From assembly GCA_945865565.1 (NCBI GenBank), contig CAMBEK010000002.1:113644-177643 (forward strand): DNA of 64,000 nucleotides, given 5' to 3'. Positions 56,010 through 64,000 of the stretch are shown one piece after another. The translations under genes were made by a program, and so were the position numbers. The notes beneath the pieces were generated by a model. The model was not told where the DNA came from. It searched no databases and saw nothing but the letters and a program-made list of their open reading frames with translations. Numbering within the stretch: the stretch's first letter is position 1; the number at the start of each line of letters is the position of its first letter. The DNA comes from Pseudobacteriovorax antillogorgiicola. Lineage in GTDB: Bacteria > Bdellovibrionota_B > Oligoflexia > Oligoflexales > RGVZ01.

Positions 56010-58271
56010 GTGTTCAGCAAGAAATTCCTTATTTCCGTCGTCTTCTGTCTGCTCTCAATTGCGGTGGATGCGTTGGCTCAGGACGTCAAGATCACGGCCC
56101 GCGTTCGGAAAAAAGGCAGCGGTGACACAGTCACTAGAACTGAAGGCGCGGTCTTCGGTGTCGAGGGAGGATCCGCGGGCGAAAAAATTCAGTCTGCTCC
56201 CGACGGAACCTTAACTTTTGAGGCGGCTGAATCAGCAGGTTTGCGATTCACCAGGTTTGGATTTAAGCCTCTGGAAGTGAAGGTTTCCGATCTGCTGGAA
56301 AAGGCTAAGGCAAGGCTGCAAGCTGAGCCCGAAGGTGGTCAGATTCAGCTCAGGGTTGATGTTTTTCTGGAGCCTTCACTTGGCGGGGATGACACCGTCA
56401 TTGTTCAGGGAAAAAAACGGCCTGGAGTATCCAAACAAATCATTTCCGTCGAGGAAGCACGTCGGGTGGCCCCGGGCGGGGATCCCGGTCAGGTCACAAA
56501 ATTGATGCCAGGTGTCCAGCGGCAGGCCTTTGGTAGTCAGGTTGTGATTCGTGGATCGGCCCCTGGTGACAGCAAATACTATATCGATGATCTTGAGGTT
56601 CCGTTTGTTTACCACGGTGTCGGTCAGTACACGGTGCTTCCCACGCCTTTGATTGAGGATGTGGAATTTTCGGCGGGAGGCTTCGGTGCGGAGTACGGTG
56701 ATGCAACCGGTGGAGTTGTCAAGATACGTTCCAAGACAAATCTCGTAGAGCGGGCGACCAGCATTTATAACGTCAATTTTCCTATTTTTTCGAGCGCCTA
56801 TCATGAACGCCCGCTTGGGAAAGATGCCAGCCTGTCGCTGTCCATTCGCCGGAGTTACCTCGATTTGATTCTGCCAAAAGTTCTTCCTAAAGACTCCGGC
56901 CTGACGGTTGTCCCCTACTTTTCTGACTATGTGGTTTTGCATAATCAAGATTTTGATGACGGAAAAGGCCGTTTGATTTCAATCGCATCCACGGACGGCA
57001 TACGTGCGGTTTTTCCCGCTGATTTTGCGCAGAGCGAAGAAGGTACCGCCGCTTTTAGTATTTTCAATTATTATGGAATTCTTGGTTACGAACGTACGAA
57101 GCGATTGAATAGTGAATGGTCGCTCACGACGACGCCTCAGGTTCAGTTCTTCAAATTGAATCTAAAAATCATCGACAGCAAGGTGAAACTCAAGGTTTGG
57201 TCGGCACGCCTTCCTGCAGAATTGACGTACCGCCCAAATGGTACAGACAAAGTGTACTTTGGCGCTGATTTGCGGGCTGACAAGGCGACTGTTTATTTTG
57301 ATGCCATCCGGTTCGACCGGAATGACCCTTTCTTTGATCCGGAAGAGGCCCCCCGTGAGGAAGGTTCCGAGGTGACCACGACAAAGGGTGGCGCAGCGTG
57401 GATTGCGATGGAAAAAAACATTGGCGGATTGCTTTTGATTCCGGGGCTTCGGGGCTACTACAACGATCAGATAAAAAAGGGAACTGCGGACCCCAGGTTC
57501 AGCGCTCGCTTCGATTTTAATGAAATTCATGGATTGAAATTTGCGACAGGCCAGTTCAGCAAGAATCCGGAGCCTGGGCAGGCTTCTGTGTCTGCGGGAA
57601 ATCCCGATTTGAAGTTCGAGAGATCGATCCACTACGTAGCCGGGATTGAATCACGTTGGAACGAGCGCTGGAATTCTGACATTCAATTATTCAAGAAAAA
57701 ATCGTGGGATCTGGTTCGTGCAGACTCCGAAAAGCGATACGTAAATTCAGCAGATTTGGAAAGTTCTGGTGCCGAGATTCTGATCCGTCGCAACATGACG
57801 GAACGATTTTTCGGATGGTTTTCCTATACGTGGTCCAAAAACCGGTCGCGCGACGCTTCGAATCAGCCCTGGCACAATGCGGAGTACGATCAAACGCATG
57901 TGGCAAATCTTGCTGGGAATTACCGCCTTACGGAAATCTGGGAGCTGGGCGGAAGACTCAACTACCACACGGGAGATACTTTTACGCAGAAGGGCAACGC
58001 GGTCTACAACGCCAATCTGGACAAGTATCAGGCGCGCGCAGGGGACATTGATTTATTTGCGGGTCGATTGCCAAACTACAATGAGCTCAGTGTTTTTGCG
58101 GGGCGTGACTTCTTGTGGGACACTTGGAAGATGAATGCGCGTTTCGGTATTGAATACTTCTGGTTCAAACGCACAGCACTAGGTGTGGACTATAACTATG
58201 ACTATACCAAAGAGTCGTATCTAATGGGCGTTCCGCCAATTCCATACTTGGAAGTGCAGGCGACGCTTTAG
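56010..58271 (+). CDS. TonB-dependent receptor-like outer-membrane protein with N-terminal carboxypeptidase-regulatory-like domain
   Basis: Signal peptide VFSKKFLISVVFCLLSIAVDALA from GTG 56010 (GGAG 8 nt upstream). Plug block VIRGSAPGDSKYYIDDLEVPF. Long beta-barrel region. Confidence 0.75.
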   Translation: MFSKKFLISVVFCLLSIAVDALAQDVKITARVRKKGSGDTVTRTEGAVFGVEGGSAGEKIQSAPDGTLTFEAAESAGLRFTRFGFKPLEVKVSDLLEKAKARLQAEPEGGQIQLRVDVFLEPSLGGDDTVIVQGKKRPGVSKQIISVEEARRVAPGGDPGQVTKLMPGVQRQAFGSQVVIRGSAPGDSKYYIDDLEVPFVYHGVGQYTVLPTPLIEDVEFSAGGFGAEYGDATGGVVKIRSKTNLVERATSIYNVNFPIFSSAYHERPLGKDASLSLSIRRSYLDLILPKVLPKDSGLTVVPYFSDYVVLHNQDFDDGKGRLISIASTDGIRAVFPADFAQSEEGTAAFSIFNYYGILGYERTKRLNSEWSLTTTPQVQFFKLNLKIIDSKVKLKVWSARLPAELTYRPNGTDKVYFGADLRADKATVYFDAIRFDRNDPFFDPEEAPREEGSEVTTTKGGAAWIAMEKNIGGLLLIPGLRGYYNDQIKKGTADPRFSARFDFNEIHGLKFATGQFSKNPEPGQASVSAGNPDLKFERSIHYVAGIESRWNERWNSDIQLFKKKSWDLVRADSEKRYVNSADLESSGAEILIRRNMTERFFGWFSYTWSKNRSRDASNQPWHNAEYDQTHVANLAGNYRLTEIWELGGRLNYHTGDTFTQKGNAVYNANLDKYQARAGDIDLFAGRLPNYNELSVFAGRDFLWDTWKMNARFGIEYFWFKRTALGVDYNYDYTKESYLMGVPPIPYLEVQATL

Positions 58272-59527
58272 TTACGTTCCATTGCAGAGAAGTCGTCGAG
58301 GGTTATCTTGCTCAGGTTGATCCTGTTTGCAAAGGATGCGTAAGCCAAATAGGCGGCAAGGCACTCCCGGTTTGACAACCACTCGGGCTGATAAAGTGGT
58401 GGTGCGATCCAGCCAGAATCAATGAATGGCTCCAGCGCGACAACGTCGCCAAGGGTCAGTCGCCCTACAAATAGGTACATCGGATAATGGACCTTGTTGG
58501 ACTGAATCGCCTTGCGCAGGAAAGTATGTACAAAAATCAAACCCTCGAGGTACACGCCATCTTTCGTGAAAGCGACGCGGCCATTGGGGTCGCCGCCGCG
58601 AAATACACGCGCTGCGGAGGCAAAGCTTTCTTTTTCTGACTGACCTTCGCTCAAAAAGAATTTGAATACGTCAATGAAGTTGGCGCCACTCAGGGCCAGA
58701 TCGACTGCCTTGATGCGCAAGGCGATCCGTTTTAAGCGCCAAACGTCCATGGCATCCGTGATGAACTCAGCAAAGGTGGCAATCCCCTCTTGGGTCAGCG
58801 TTGTGCGGGGGGATCCCAAACCGAGGCTTTTCAAGTTAGGCTGCTCGCGTCCATTCAGCATTGTGGCTGCATGCACCAGACCTTCGTGTTCGGCGAGTTG
58901 TTTGACGTCATGTCTGGTGAACTTCGTATTGCCCCGGATCCGCAGGCGCTTTGCGCTGGCGGCGGCCTTTGAGGCCAAGTCCGGATCCACGACAATTTCC
59001 AAAGGATGCGCGTGGAAAACCGGTTCAAGCCGCAAACGGAGGATGCTGGCCAACTCGTCAGACGTAATTGTGGCTTCAGGTTCCGGCGTGTTCAGGATGT
59101 GGCTGTATTCATCGATCGATTTGATGAAGTGTTCGGCGGCCGACAGGTTGGTGACCTCCGTCTTGCCAATTGAATCGGAGGGTTGTCCGTAAAGTTCGAT
59201 GGATAGCTGTGTGAATTCAGGTTTGGCGATGCACTCCAGCATGCGGGCTGCGCGGATGTAGCTGTGGGCGGTCCGCGATATGTATGCGCCAACGGGATGG
59301 TCCGTTCCTGCGGCTTTCATGATCTCTTCCAGTTTTTTTATGTGGTCTGGATAACTGTGTTTTTTATAGGATGGCTGTGGAATTTCTGGTTTCCCAGTTT
59401 TCCAGGAAGCAATAAAATTATGGCCAAGCTCTTCTGGCCAAGCCAGGTTGCTCAGGACTTTGATTTCTTTTGCGCAGTCGACGAGTTGCTGGTCGATTCG
59501 GGCAAAGTATGAGAGGTCTTTATTCAT
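58268..59527 (-). CDS. DUF1704 (QEGLA-motif, flavohemoglobin expression-modulating family) protein
   Basis: The TQEGIATFAEF motif matches the QEGLA signature. 419 aa. Confidence 0.7.
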   Translation of the reverse strand: MNKDLSYFARIDQQLVDCAKEIKVLSNLAWPEELGHNFIASWKTGKPEIPQPSYKKHSYPDHIKKLEEIMKAAGTDHPVGAYISRTAHSYIRAARMLECIAKPEFTQLSIELYGQPSDSIGKTEVTNLSAAEHFIKSIDEYSHILNTPEPEATITSDELASILRLRLEPVFHAHPLEIVVDPDLASKAAASAKRLRIRGNTKFTRHDVKQLAEHEGLVHAATMLNGREQPNLKSLGLGSPRTTLTQEGIATFAEFITDAMDVWRLKRIALRIKAVDLALSGANFIDVFKFFLSEGQSEKESFASAARVFRGGDPNGRVAFTKDGVYLEGLIFVHTFLRKAIQSNKVHYPMYLFVGRLTLGDVVALEPFIDSGWIAPPLYQPEWLSNRECLAAYLAYASFANRINLSKITLDDFSAMERN

Positions 59528-59563
59528 GTTTTTTATTGTACCCCATCACCCTTCGGGAGCGGC

Positions 59564-60856
59564 ATGATCCGCTGGTTCAACCATCCAAAAGATGAATTGT
59601 TGCGGGACCTTGCTTTGCCCGGTTCGGGAACCCCCTGCACTCCCGAGGCGGCCCAAAACCTGGCCTTGGCGGTCGCCTTGCGTGGATTGGGCTCCGTTTC
59701 CCCAAATCCATTGGTTGGTGCCGTGTTGCTGGACAGCGCGAACCATTTTGTGGGCGCGGCGGCCCATGAGCGCTTGGGGGGGCTTCATGCAGAAGCAAGG
59801 CTTTTGGCTGACCTTACGAAGTCATTGGGTGCGAAAGCCTTGCAGCAAAAACTCAAAGGTGGGCGTCTTTTTGTGACGCTGGAGCCATGCGCTCACGAAG
59901 GGCGCACGCCGTCGTGTGCCAGAGCCCTTGCTGGCAGCGGTCTTAAAGAAGTTATTTATGGCGTGATCGATCCCAATCCGTTGGTGCGCGGCAAAGGGGC
60001 TGGCATCCTGCGCGAGGCCGGTATTAATGCTGTAGATGCATCATCACACAGTGATTTTAAACCTTGGTCGGCGGCCTGCGAAGATCTTGCTGGGTTTTTT
60101 CGACACAACATATCCACAGGCCGGATATTCACTGGACTCAAGATCGCCTCCAGCATGGACGGGGTCGTGGCATTTGAAGGCGACCGGCGGATTTGGATCA
60201 CGGGGGAGAGGGCGCGGGCCTACGGACATTTTCTACGCATGGCGTACGACGCAATAGCTGTAGGTGCCGGGACTGTCTTGGCGGATCATCCGCGCCTTAA
60301 CGTCCGTCATCCGTTCTTGAAAGACCCATCGATGAGCCGGACTCCGCGTCGCGTGGTTGTCGACCCGCGGGGCAGAGCCCTCGAATTCGCTCTCGGTGGT
60401 AATTTGGTCCCTCTTGTGACGGAGGAACCTGAAACTACGGTTTGGTTGATCGCACAGCACGGCGTCGAATTGGACCTGGTCCACCGCGCCGAGGCCCGCG
60501 GCATAAAAGTAATTGCCGTTCCCATTGAGCCGGAATCTGGACGGTTTATATGGAGCGAAGTGGACGGAGCCTTGCAGGCTCTTGGAATCAGAAGCGTGCT
60601 CCTTGAAGGGGGGGCGGGACTTTATGCATCTGCCTTGGGGTCTGGTGACGGCCGGACCCGGCCTTTCGTGAATAAGATTCACCTGTTTCAGTCGCCTCAA
60701 ATTCTTGGCGACCGTTCTCCAGCGGGCGCGAAAGCCCTTCGTTGGAATACTTCAGCATCCAGCCAACTGTCGATTCGACAAGACCGCGTGCAGCTGTTTC
60801 AATTAGACTGTGATTGGGGTTTTGAAATTCCCTTGGATACCGCTGCAGGAGTATGA
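59564..60856 (+). CDS. ribD: Bifunctional riboflavin biosynthesis deaminase/reductase
   Basis: CDA zinc motifs HAEARLL and PCAHEGRTPSC. C-terminal reductase domain (GGAGLYASAL). Confidence 0.85.
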   Translation: MIRWFNHPKDELLRDLALPGSGTPCTPEAAQNLALAVALRGLGSVSPNPLVGAVLLDSANHFVGAAAHERLGGLHAEARLLADLTKSLGAKALQQKLKGGRLFVTLEPCAHEGRTPSCARALAGSGLKEVIYGVIDPNPLVRGKGAGILREAGINAVDASSHSDFKPWSAACEDLAGFFRHNISTGRIFTGLKIASSMDGVVAFEGDRRIWITGERARAYGHFLRMAYDAIAVGAGTVLADHPRLNVRHPFLKDPSMSRTPRRVVVDPRGRALEFALGGNLVPLVTEEPETTVWLIAQHGVELDLVHRAEARGIKVIAVPIEPESGRFIWSEVDGALQALGIRSVLLEGGAGLYASALGSGDGRTRPFVNKIHLFQSPQILGDRSPAGAKALRWNTSASSQLSIRQDRVQLFQLDCDWGFEIPLDTAAGV

Positions 60857-60859
60857 TTG

Positions 60860-61348
60860 ATGACCACGTTTGAATCGCAACAGAAGACCACAGCCGCAGC
60901 GCGACCGGGTTTTTCTGAGATTTATCTGTCGCTGGCTTTTGCCCTGGCAGAGAGGTCCTCTTGCAAAAGGCTAAAGGTCGGAACGGTCATCACCAGTGTC
61001 GATTACCGCAAGGTTCTTGCGGTCGGTTACAACGGAAACGCCTCAGGCCTGCCGAATTGTTGTGACCGTGATGAGCCTGGACTTTGTGGCTGCCTTCACT
61101 CCGAAGAAAATGCCGTGATCAACTGTGATAGCCCGCGCCACATTGAGAAGTATGCTTTCGTGACGCATTTGCCTTGTGTCATGTGCGCGAAGCGCCTGAT
61201 CAACCTTGGCAACGTCAAGCGCGTTTACTACTGCCGTGAATATCGTTCGCAAGATTCCATGAACCTTTTCAGGGCAGTTGGCATTGAAGTTTCCAAACTT
61301 GATTTCCCAACGATCGGTGGCCTGGTTATGGATGGGGCTCAACTCTGA
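60860..61348 (+). CDS. dCMP/CMP deaminase family zinc enzyme (ComEB-like)
   Basis: HSEENAV and PCVMCAKRL. Starts 1-4 nt after the ribD stop. Confidence 0.8.
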   Translation: MTTFESQQKTTAAARPGFSEIYLSLAFALAERSSCKRLKVGTVITSVDYRKVLAVGYNGNASGLPNCCDRDEPGLCGCLHSEENAVINCDSPRHIEKYAFVTHLPCVMCAKRLINLGNVKRVYYCREYRSQDSMNLFRAVGIEVSKLDFPTIGGLVMDGAQL

Positions 61349-62313
61349 TGGTGGCCCACGTACATCACGGTCCTCGTGGGAACGATCACGGCCAAGGCCA
61401 AGGCCATGGGCATCATCATCATGGTCATCATCACGGGCATCATCATGTTGCGGGCGCGAGCCGCAAAAACATTTTAATCGCCATGCTGATGAACTTTGCG
61501 TTTTCTGCGGTGGAGCTTGTTGGTGGTATGTATGCGGGCTCAGTTGCAGTTGTGGCGGATGCCGTCCATGACTTCGGCGACGGTCTTTCTTTATTTATGG
61601 CTTGGGTGATGGAGGGGGTTGCTGACAAGCAACGTGATTCCAGGTTTTCTTATGGCTACCGCCGTGTTTCCCTGCTGTCAGCTTTGATCACATCGCTGCT
61701 TTTGGTGGCGTCATCTATTTTTGTGATTGCTCAGGCCGTGCCTCGCTTGCTGAATCCGGTTCAACCAAAGACTGGTTGGATGTTTGTCATCGCCATCGGT
61801 GGAATCGCAGTCAATGCCTTTGCAGCGTGGCGTTTAAAGACTGGATCGACCTTGAATGAAAAGGTCTTGTCCTGGCACCTGGTTGAGGATTTGCTCGGTT
61901 GGGTTGTGGTGGCCGTTTCCAGCATCGTTATGATGGTTATCGATATGCCCATCATTGACCCGGTGTTGTCGCTCCTTTTCGTCGGATTCATTCTTTTTAA
62001 TGTTTTAAAAAATCTTCGCTCAACCCTGGTGCTTTTTCTGCAGGGCGTTCCTGAACACTTGCAGATAGATGCCCTCAGGGCGTCTATTGAAGGTATTCCT
62101 GGTGTGGCTGGGGTTCACGATTTGCATTTGTGGTCGTTGGACGGCGCCCATCATATTTTGACGATGCACCTCGTCGTAGACGCCACTGACCTTGGGGTCA
62201 TCGAAGCTATTAAGGCACAAGTCAAAGCGATCGTTCACTCTGCCGGTGATCATATCTTGCCAACCATCGAGGTTGAAGCTGTGCCGGGAAGTTGTTCCAG
62301 CAAGTCTTCTTGA
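61348..62313 (+). CDS. Cation diffusion facilitator (CzcD/ZitB-like) metal exporter with His-rich N-terminus
   Basis: N-terminus HGQGQGHGHHHHGHHHGHHH. Six TM segments with HDFGD and HLVED metal-site motifs. The ATG overlaps the previous stop (TGATG). Confidence 0.85.
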   Translation: MVAHVHHGPRGNDHGQGQGHGHHHHGHHHGHHHVAGASRKNILIAMLMNFAFSAVELVGGMYAGSVAVVADAVHDFGDGLSLFMAWVMEGVADKQRDSRFSYGYRRVSLLSALITSLLLVASSIFVIAQAVPRLLNPVQPKTGWMFVIAIGGIAVNAFAAWRLKTGSTLNEKVLSWHLVEDLLGWVVVAVSSIVMMVIDMPIIDPVLSLLFVGFILFNVLKNLRSTLVLFLQGVPEHLQIDALRASIEGIPGVAGVHDLHLWSLDGAHHILTMHLVVDATDLGVIEAIKAQVKAIVHSAGDHILPTIEVEAVPGSCSSKSS

Positions 62314-62357
62314 ACCAGCCAGTGGTGCTTTAAACCATCCATAAAGTCGTGCGCAGT

Positions 62358-63326
62358 TTAGTCGATGAACTGGCGAACCAGGTCAATGGCCTTTTGATAG
62401 TATGCCGGGGTCTCAGAAAACAGCTCATGCCTTGCCCCGTGAATCACATCAAATTCAATTTTTGCTTTCGTGTGATCTGCTGCTTTTTGGATCCATGATT
62501 GAATTCCCGTAGGATCCACCACGCGTTCGTCTGATCCGGTCAGAATCAAAACCGGTGTGATCATTTTTTTTAAATTTTCTGGATCGTTTACAAAATCGAT
62601 TGCGTCAAACGTTGCCTTCAGCCAGCCGAACTTCACCCCACCCAAAGGGTAAGGATTGGCTTTGATGAATTCGTAGCGATCGTGATCACTTGTGAGTGCG
62701 TTACCCTCAAATGGACCTTTGGTGAACGCTCCTGCCCCACTGGACACGCGCATGGCGGCTGGAATTCGCCCAAGAACATTTGCGATTGGGCGGGCAAAAA
62801 TTTCTGGAACAGGTTTATCGGGAAGCCTCAATAACGGTGAGGATAATACGAGTGCATCAGGCTTGATCATGCCCTTCATGGTCGCATGCAAAGCGATGAG
62901 TCCACCCATGGAGTGGGCAATGACAATATAAGGCTTTTTCTTGATGATCTTGTGAATGATGTGGCGGCTGTCTTCAGAATAAGAATCATAGTCCTCAATA
63001 AATGCGCGTTCGCCCCCAGACGCACCTTGTCCGCGGTGATCCCAGGTCAGAAAACCAATATCATCTTCCAATTGCAGGTCCACTGGAACATGCGCGTACT
63101 TTTCAATCCATTCGGTTCTACCGTTTATGAAAACAAGGAAACGGGACATTTGCTCCGTGGTTCCACCATATGGCAGTGAGACACCGTAGCGCAGGGAAGG
63201 CCCTTTGCTCGGAGAAAGGCGTGTGATTTGCCACCCTCTACCGCCGGTTTTTTTTTCAGTGTTGACGCCTGCAGCATTACCTGGCGTCTGGACTGAGTTT
63301 TCGAATTCGTTGTTGTTCATGCTCAA
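62358..63326 (-). CDS. Alpha/beta hydrolase (lysophospholipase / monoacylglycerol lipase-like)
   Basis: Nucleophile elbow AHSMGG. Distal Asp/His blocks (GSDERVVD, GARHELF). The 5' end overlaps the GDPD 3' end by about 45-50 nt. Confidence 0.8.
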   Translation of the reverse strand: MSMNNNEFENSVQTPGNAAGVNTEKKTGGRGWQITRLSPSKGPSLRYGVSLPYGGTTEQMSRFLVFINGRTEWIEKYAHVPVDLQLEDDIGFLTWDHRGQGASGGERAFIEDYDSYSEDSRHIIHKIIKKKPYIVIAHSMGGLIALHATMKGMIKPDALVLSSPLLRLPDKPVPEIFARPIANVLGRIPAAMRVSSGAGAFTKGPFEGNALTSDHDRYEFIKANPYPLGGVKFGWLKATFDAIDFVNDPENLKKMITPVLILTGSDERVVDPTGIQSWIQKAADHTKAKIEFDVIHGARHELFSETPAYYQKAIDLVRQFID

Positions 63327-64000
63327 CTCCAGCCTTCCATTCCGTCATTTCGCGGGGATAATTTGTGCACAAGCCGTCCACTTCTATTGCAGCAAGGTAG
63401 TTCCACAGGTTTTCCCGACCTGATTTTTCACCCGCCATGGGGACCCAGCCATAAACTTTCCAGTCCCGGGCTTTGGCTTGGTCCATGAGTTTCTCGTCAA
63501 TCCATTCGGCGACGGGATGAAAAATCGAGGCCCCTGCCATCATCATAAAAACGGGAGGTGCAAACCGGCTGAAATTCTGTCCGAGCAGGTTATCAGTACC
63601 CCAAAGACAGGCCCGCTGAATTTTTTGGTGATGGTCCTTCAAATGGATCAATGGTTCGGCTTCAAAAGAAGATACGACGAATGCATCCAGTCGACCGTGG
63701 TCGTTGCAGATGCGGGCGACAGTTTCGGCCAGGTTTTGATTGCGACCCTTGATTTCAATGTTGAGTTCGATCCGATCGGCAAATTCATCCACAATCTCGT
63801 CAAGAAATGGCAGAGGTTCGCCATTTTTTAGGCGCATTTTGGCTAAATCCTTACGATCGAAAGAAGAGATGAAACCTTTTACGTCAACCGTATGGCCCAG
63901 GCGATCGTCATGCATGATGACGGCATGGCCGTCGCGGCTGAGCTGTACATCCAGCTCGATGCGGCTCGCTCCGCCGTCGATGGATCTCTCGTAAGCAGCG
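63277..64000 (-). CDS. Glycerophosphodiester phosphodiesterase (GDPD), 5'-truncated by the window end
   Basis: The reverse translation continues in frame upstream of the listed Met as ...GASRIELDVQLSRDGHAVIMHDDRL, the classic GDPD block. The N-terminus lies beyond base 64000. Confidence 0.8.
   Translation of the reverse strand, partial: AAYERSIDGGASRIELDVQLSRDGHAVIMHDDRLGHTVDVKGFISSFDRKDLAKMRLKNGEPLPFLDEIVDEFADRIELNIEIKGRNQNLAETVARICNDHGRLDAFVVSSFEAEPLIHLKDHHQKIQRACLWGTDNLLGQNFSRFAPPVFMMMAGASIFHPVAEWIDEKLMDQAKARDWKVYGWVPMAGEKSGRENLWNYLAAIEVDGLCTNYPREMTEWKAGVEHEQQRIRKLSPDAR

Noticed and set aside
1-64000. Search for CRISPR arrays, tRNA/rRNA/tmRNA/RNase P/SRP RNA signatures, IS elements, integrases, toxin-antitoxin pairs and known defence-system genes
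   Set aside because: I saw none by eye. There were no spaced direct repeats, no GGTTCGAATCC-type T-arm contexts outside coding sequence, and no transposase or recombinase motifs. A covariance-model scan (Infernal/tRNAscan) would be needed to exclude small RNAs.

Overview
This is a 64-kb chromosomal segment of about 50% GC. It is very densely packed, with roughly 58 plausible CDS on both strands, many 1-4 nt start/stop overlaps and almost no spacer between convergent genes. I saw no rRNA, tRNA, CRISPR array, transposase, integrase or phage genes, so it reads as core chromosome rather than a mobile island.

Recognisable housekeeping content:
- Envelope and central metabolism: MltD-like lytic transglycosylase, class V aminotransferase, EtfB/EtfA, a CoA-transferase, 6-phosphofructokinase and SpeA.
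- Transport: a LivK/H/M/G/F-type ABC transporter, a Kef-type antiporter, a TonB-dependent receptor and a CDF metal exporter.
- RNA and translation: TlyA, RlmN, RsmD, an RluA-family enzyme, EttA and EpmA.
- Cofactor and other biosynthesis: CoaD, IspB, RibD and a dCMP deaminase.
- Others: an M16 peptidase, an alpha/beta hydrolase and a GDPD that is truncated at the window end.

The gene set includes an RRM-type RNA-binding protein, FapA, REC-PilZ, GGDEF, DUF1704, DUF4301-like and a Lon-like protease. It looks like a flagellated Gram-negative, Bdellovibrio-like or delta-type proteobacterium, but I cannot verify taxonomy without a search.

The stretches most worth a second look:
1. An orphan 1709-aa giant ORF with an internal 39-nt tandem repeat. 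It is divergently paired with a translationally coupled wHTH/HEAT-like plus DUF4301-like operon (17.6-25.8 kb).
2. An orphan miniature secretin-like locus with no pilus or T2SS partners. Its 3' end overlaps a convergent 879-aa FecR/TPR/beta-barrel-like envelope protein (37.9-42.6 kb).
3. An unlisted 34-codon, extremely basic ORF with its own RBS and terminator (33.4 kb).
4. A translationally coupled unknown / Lon-like protease / EpmA operon (33.7-37.9 kb).
5. A near-consensus sigma-54 promoter in front of an unknown gene (9.1 kb).
6. A sigma-28-like promoter in front of fapA, which is convergent (6-nt gap) with a degenerate-receiver PilZ gene (27.0-30.2 kb).

All functional calls rest on motif recognition by eye. 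None has been confirmed by database search.
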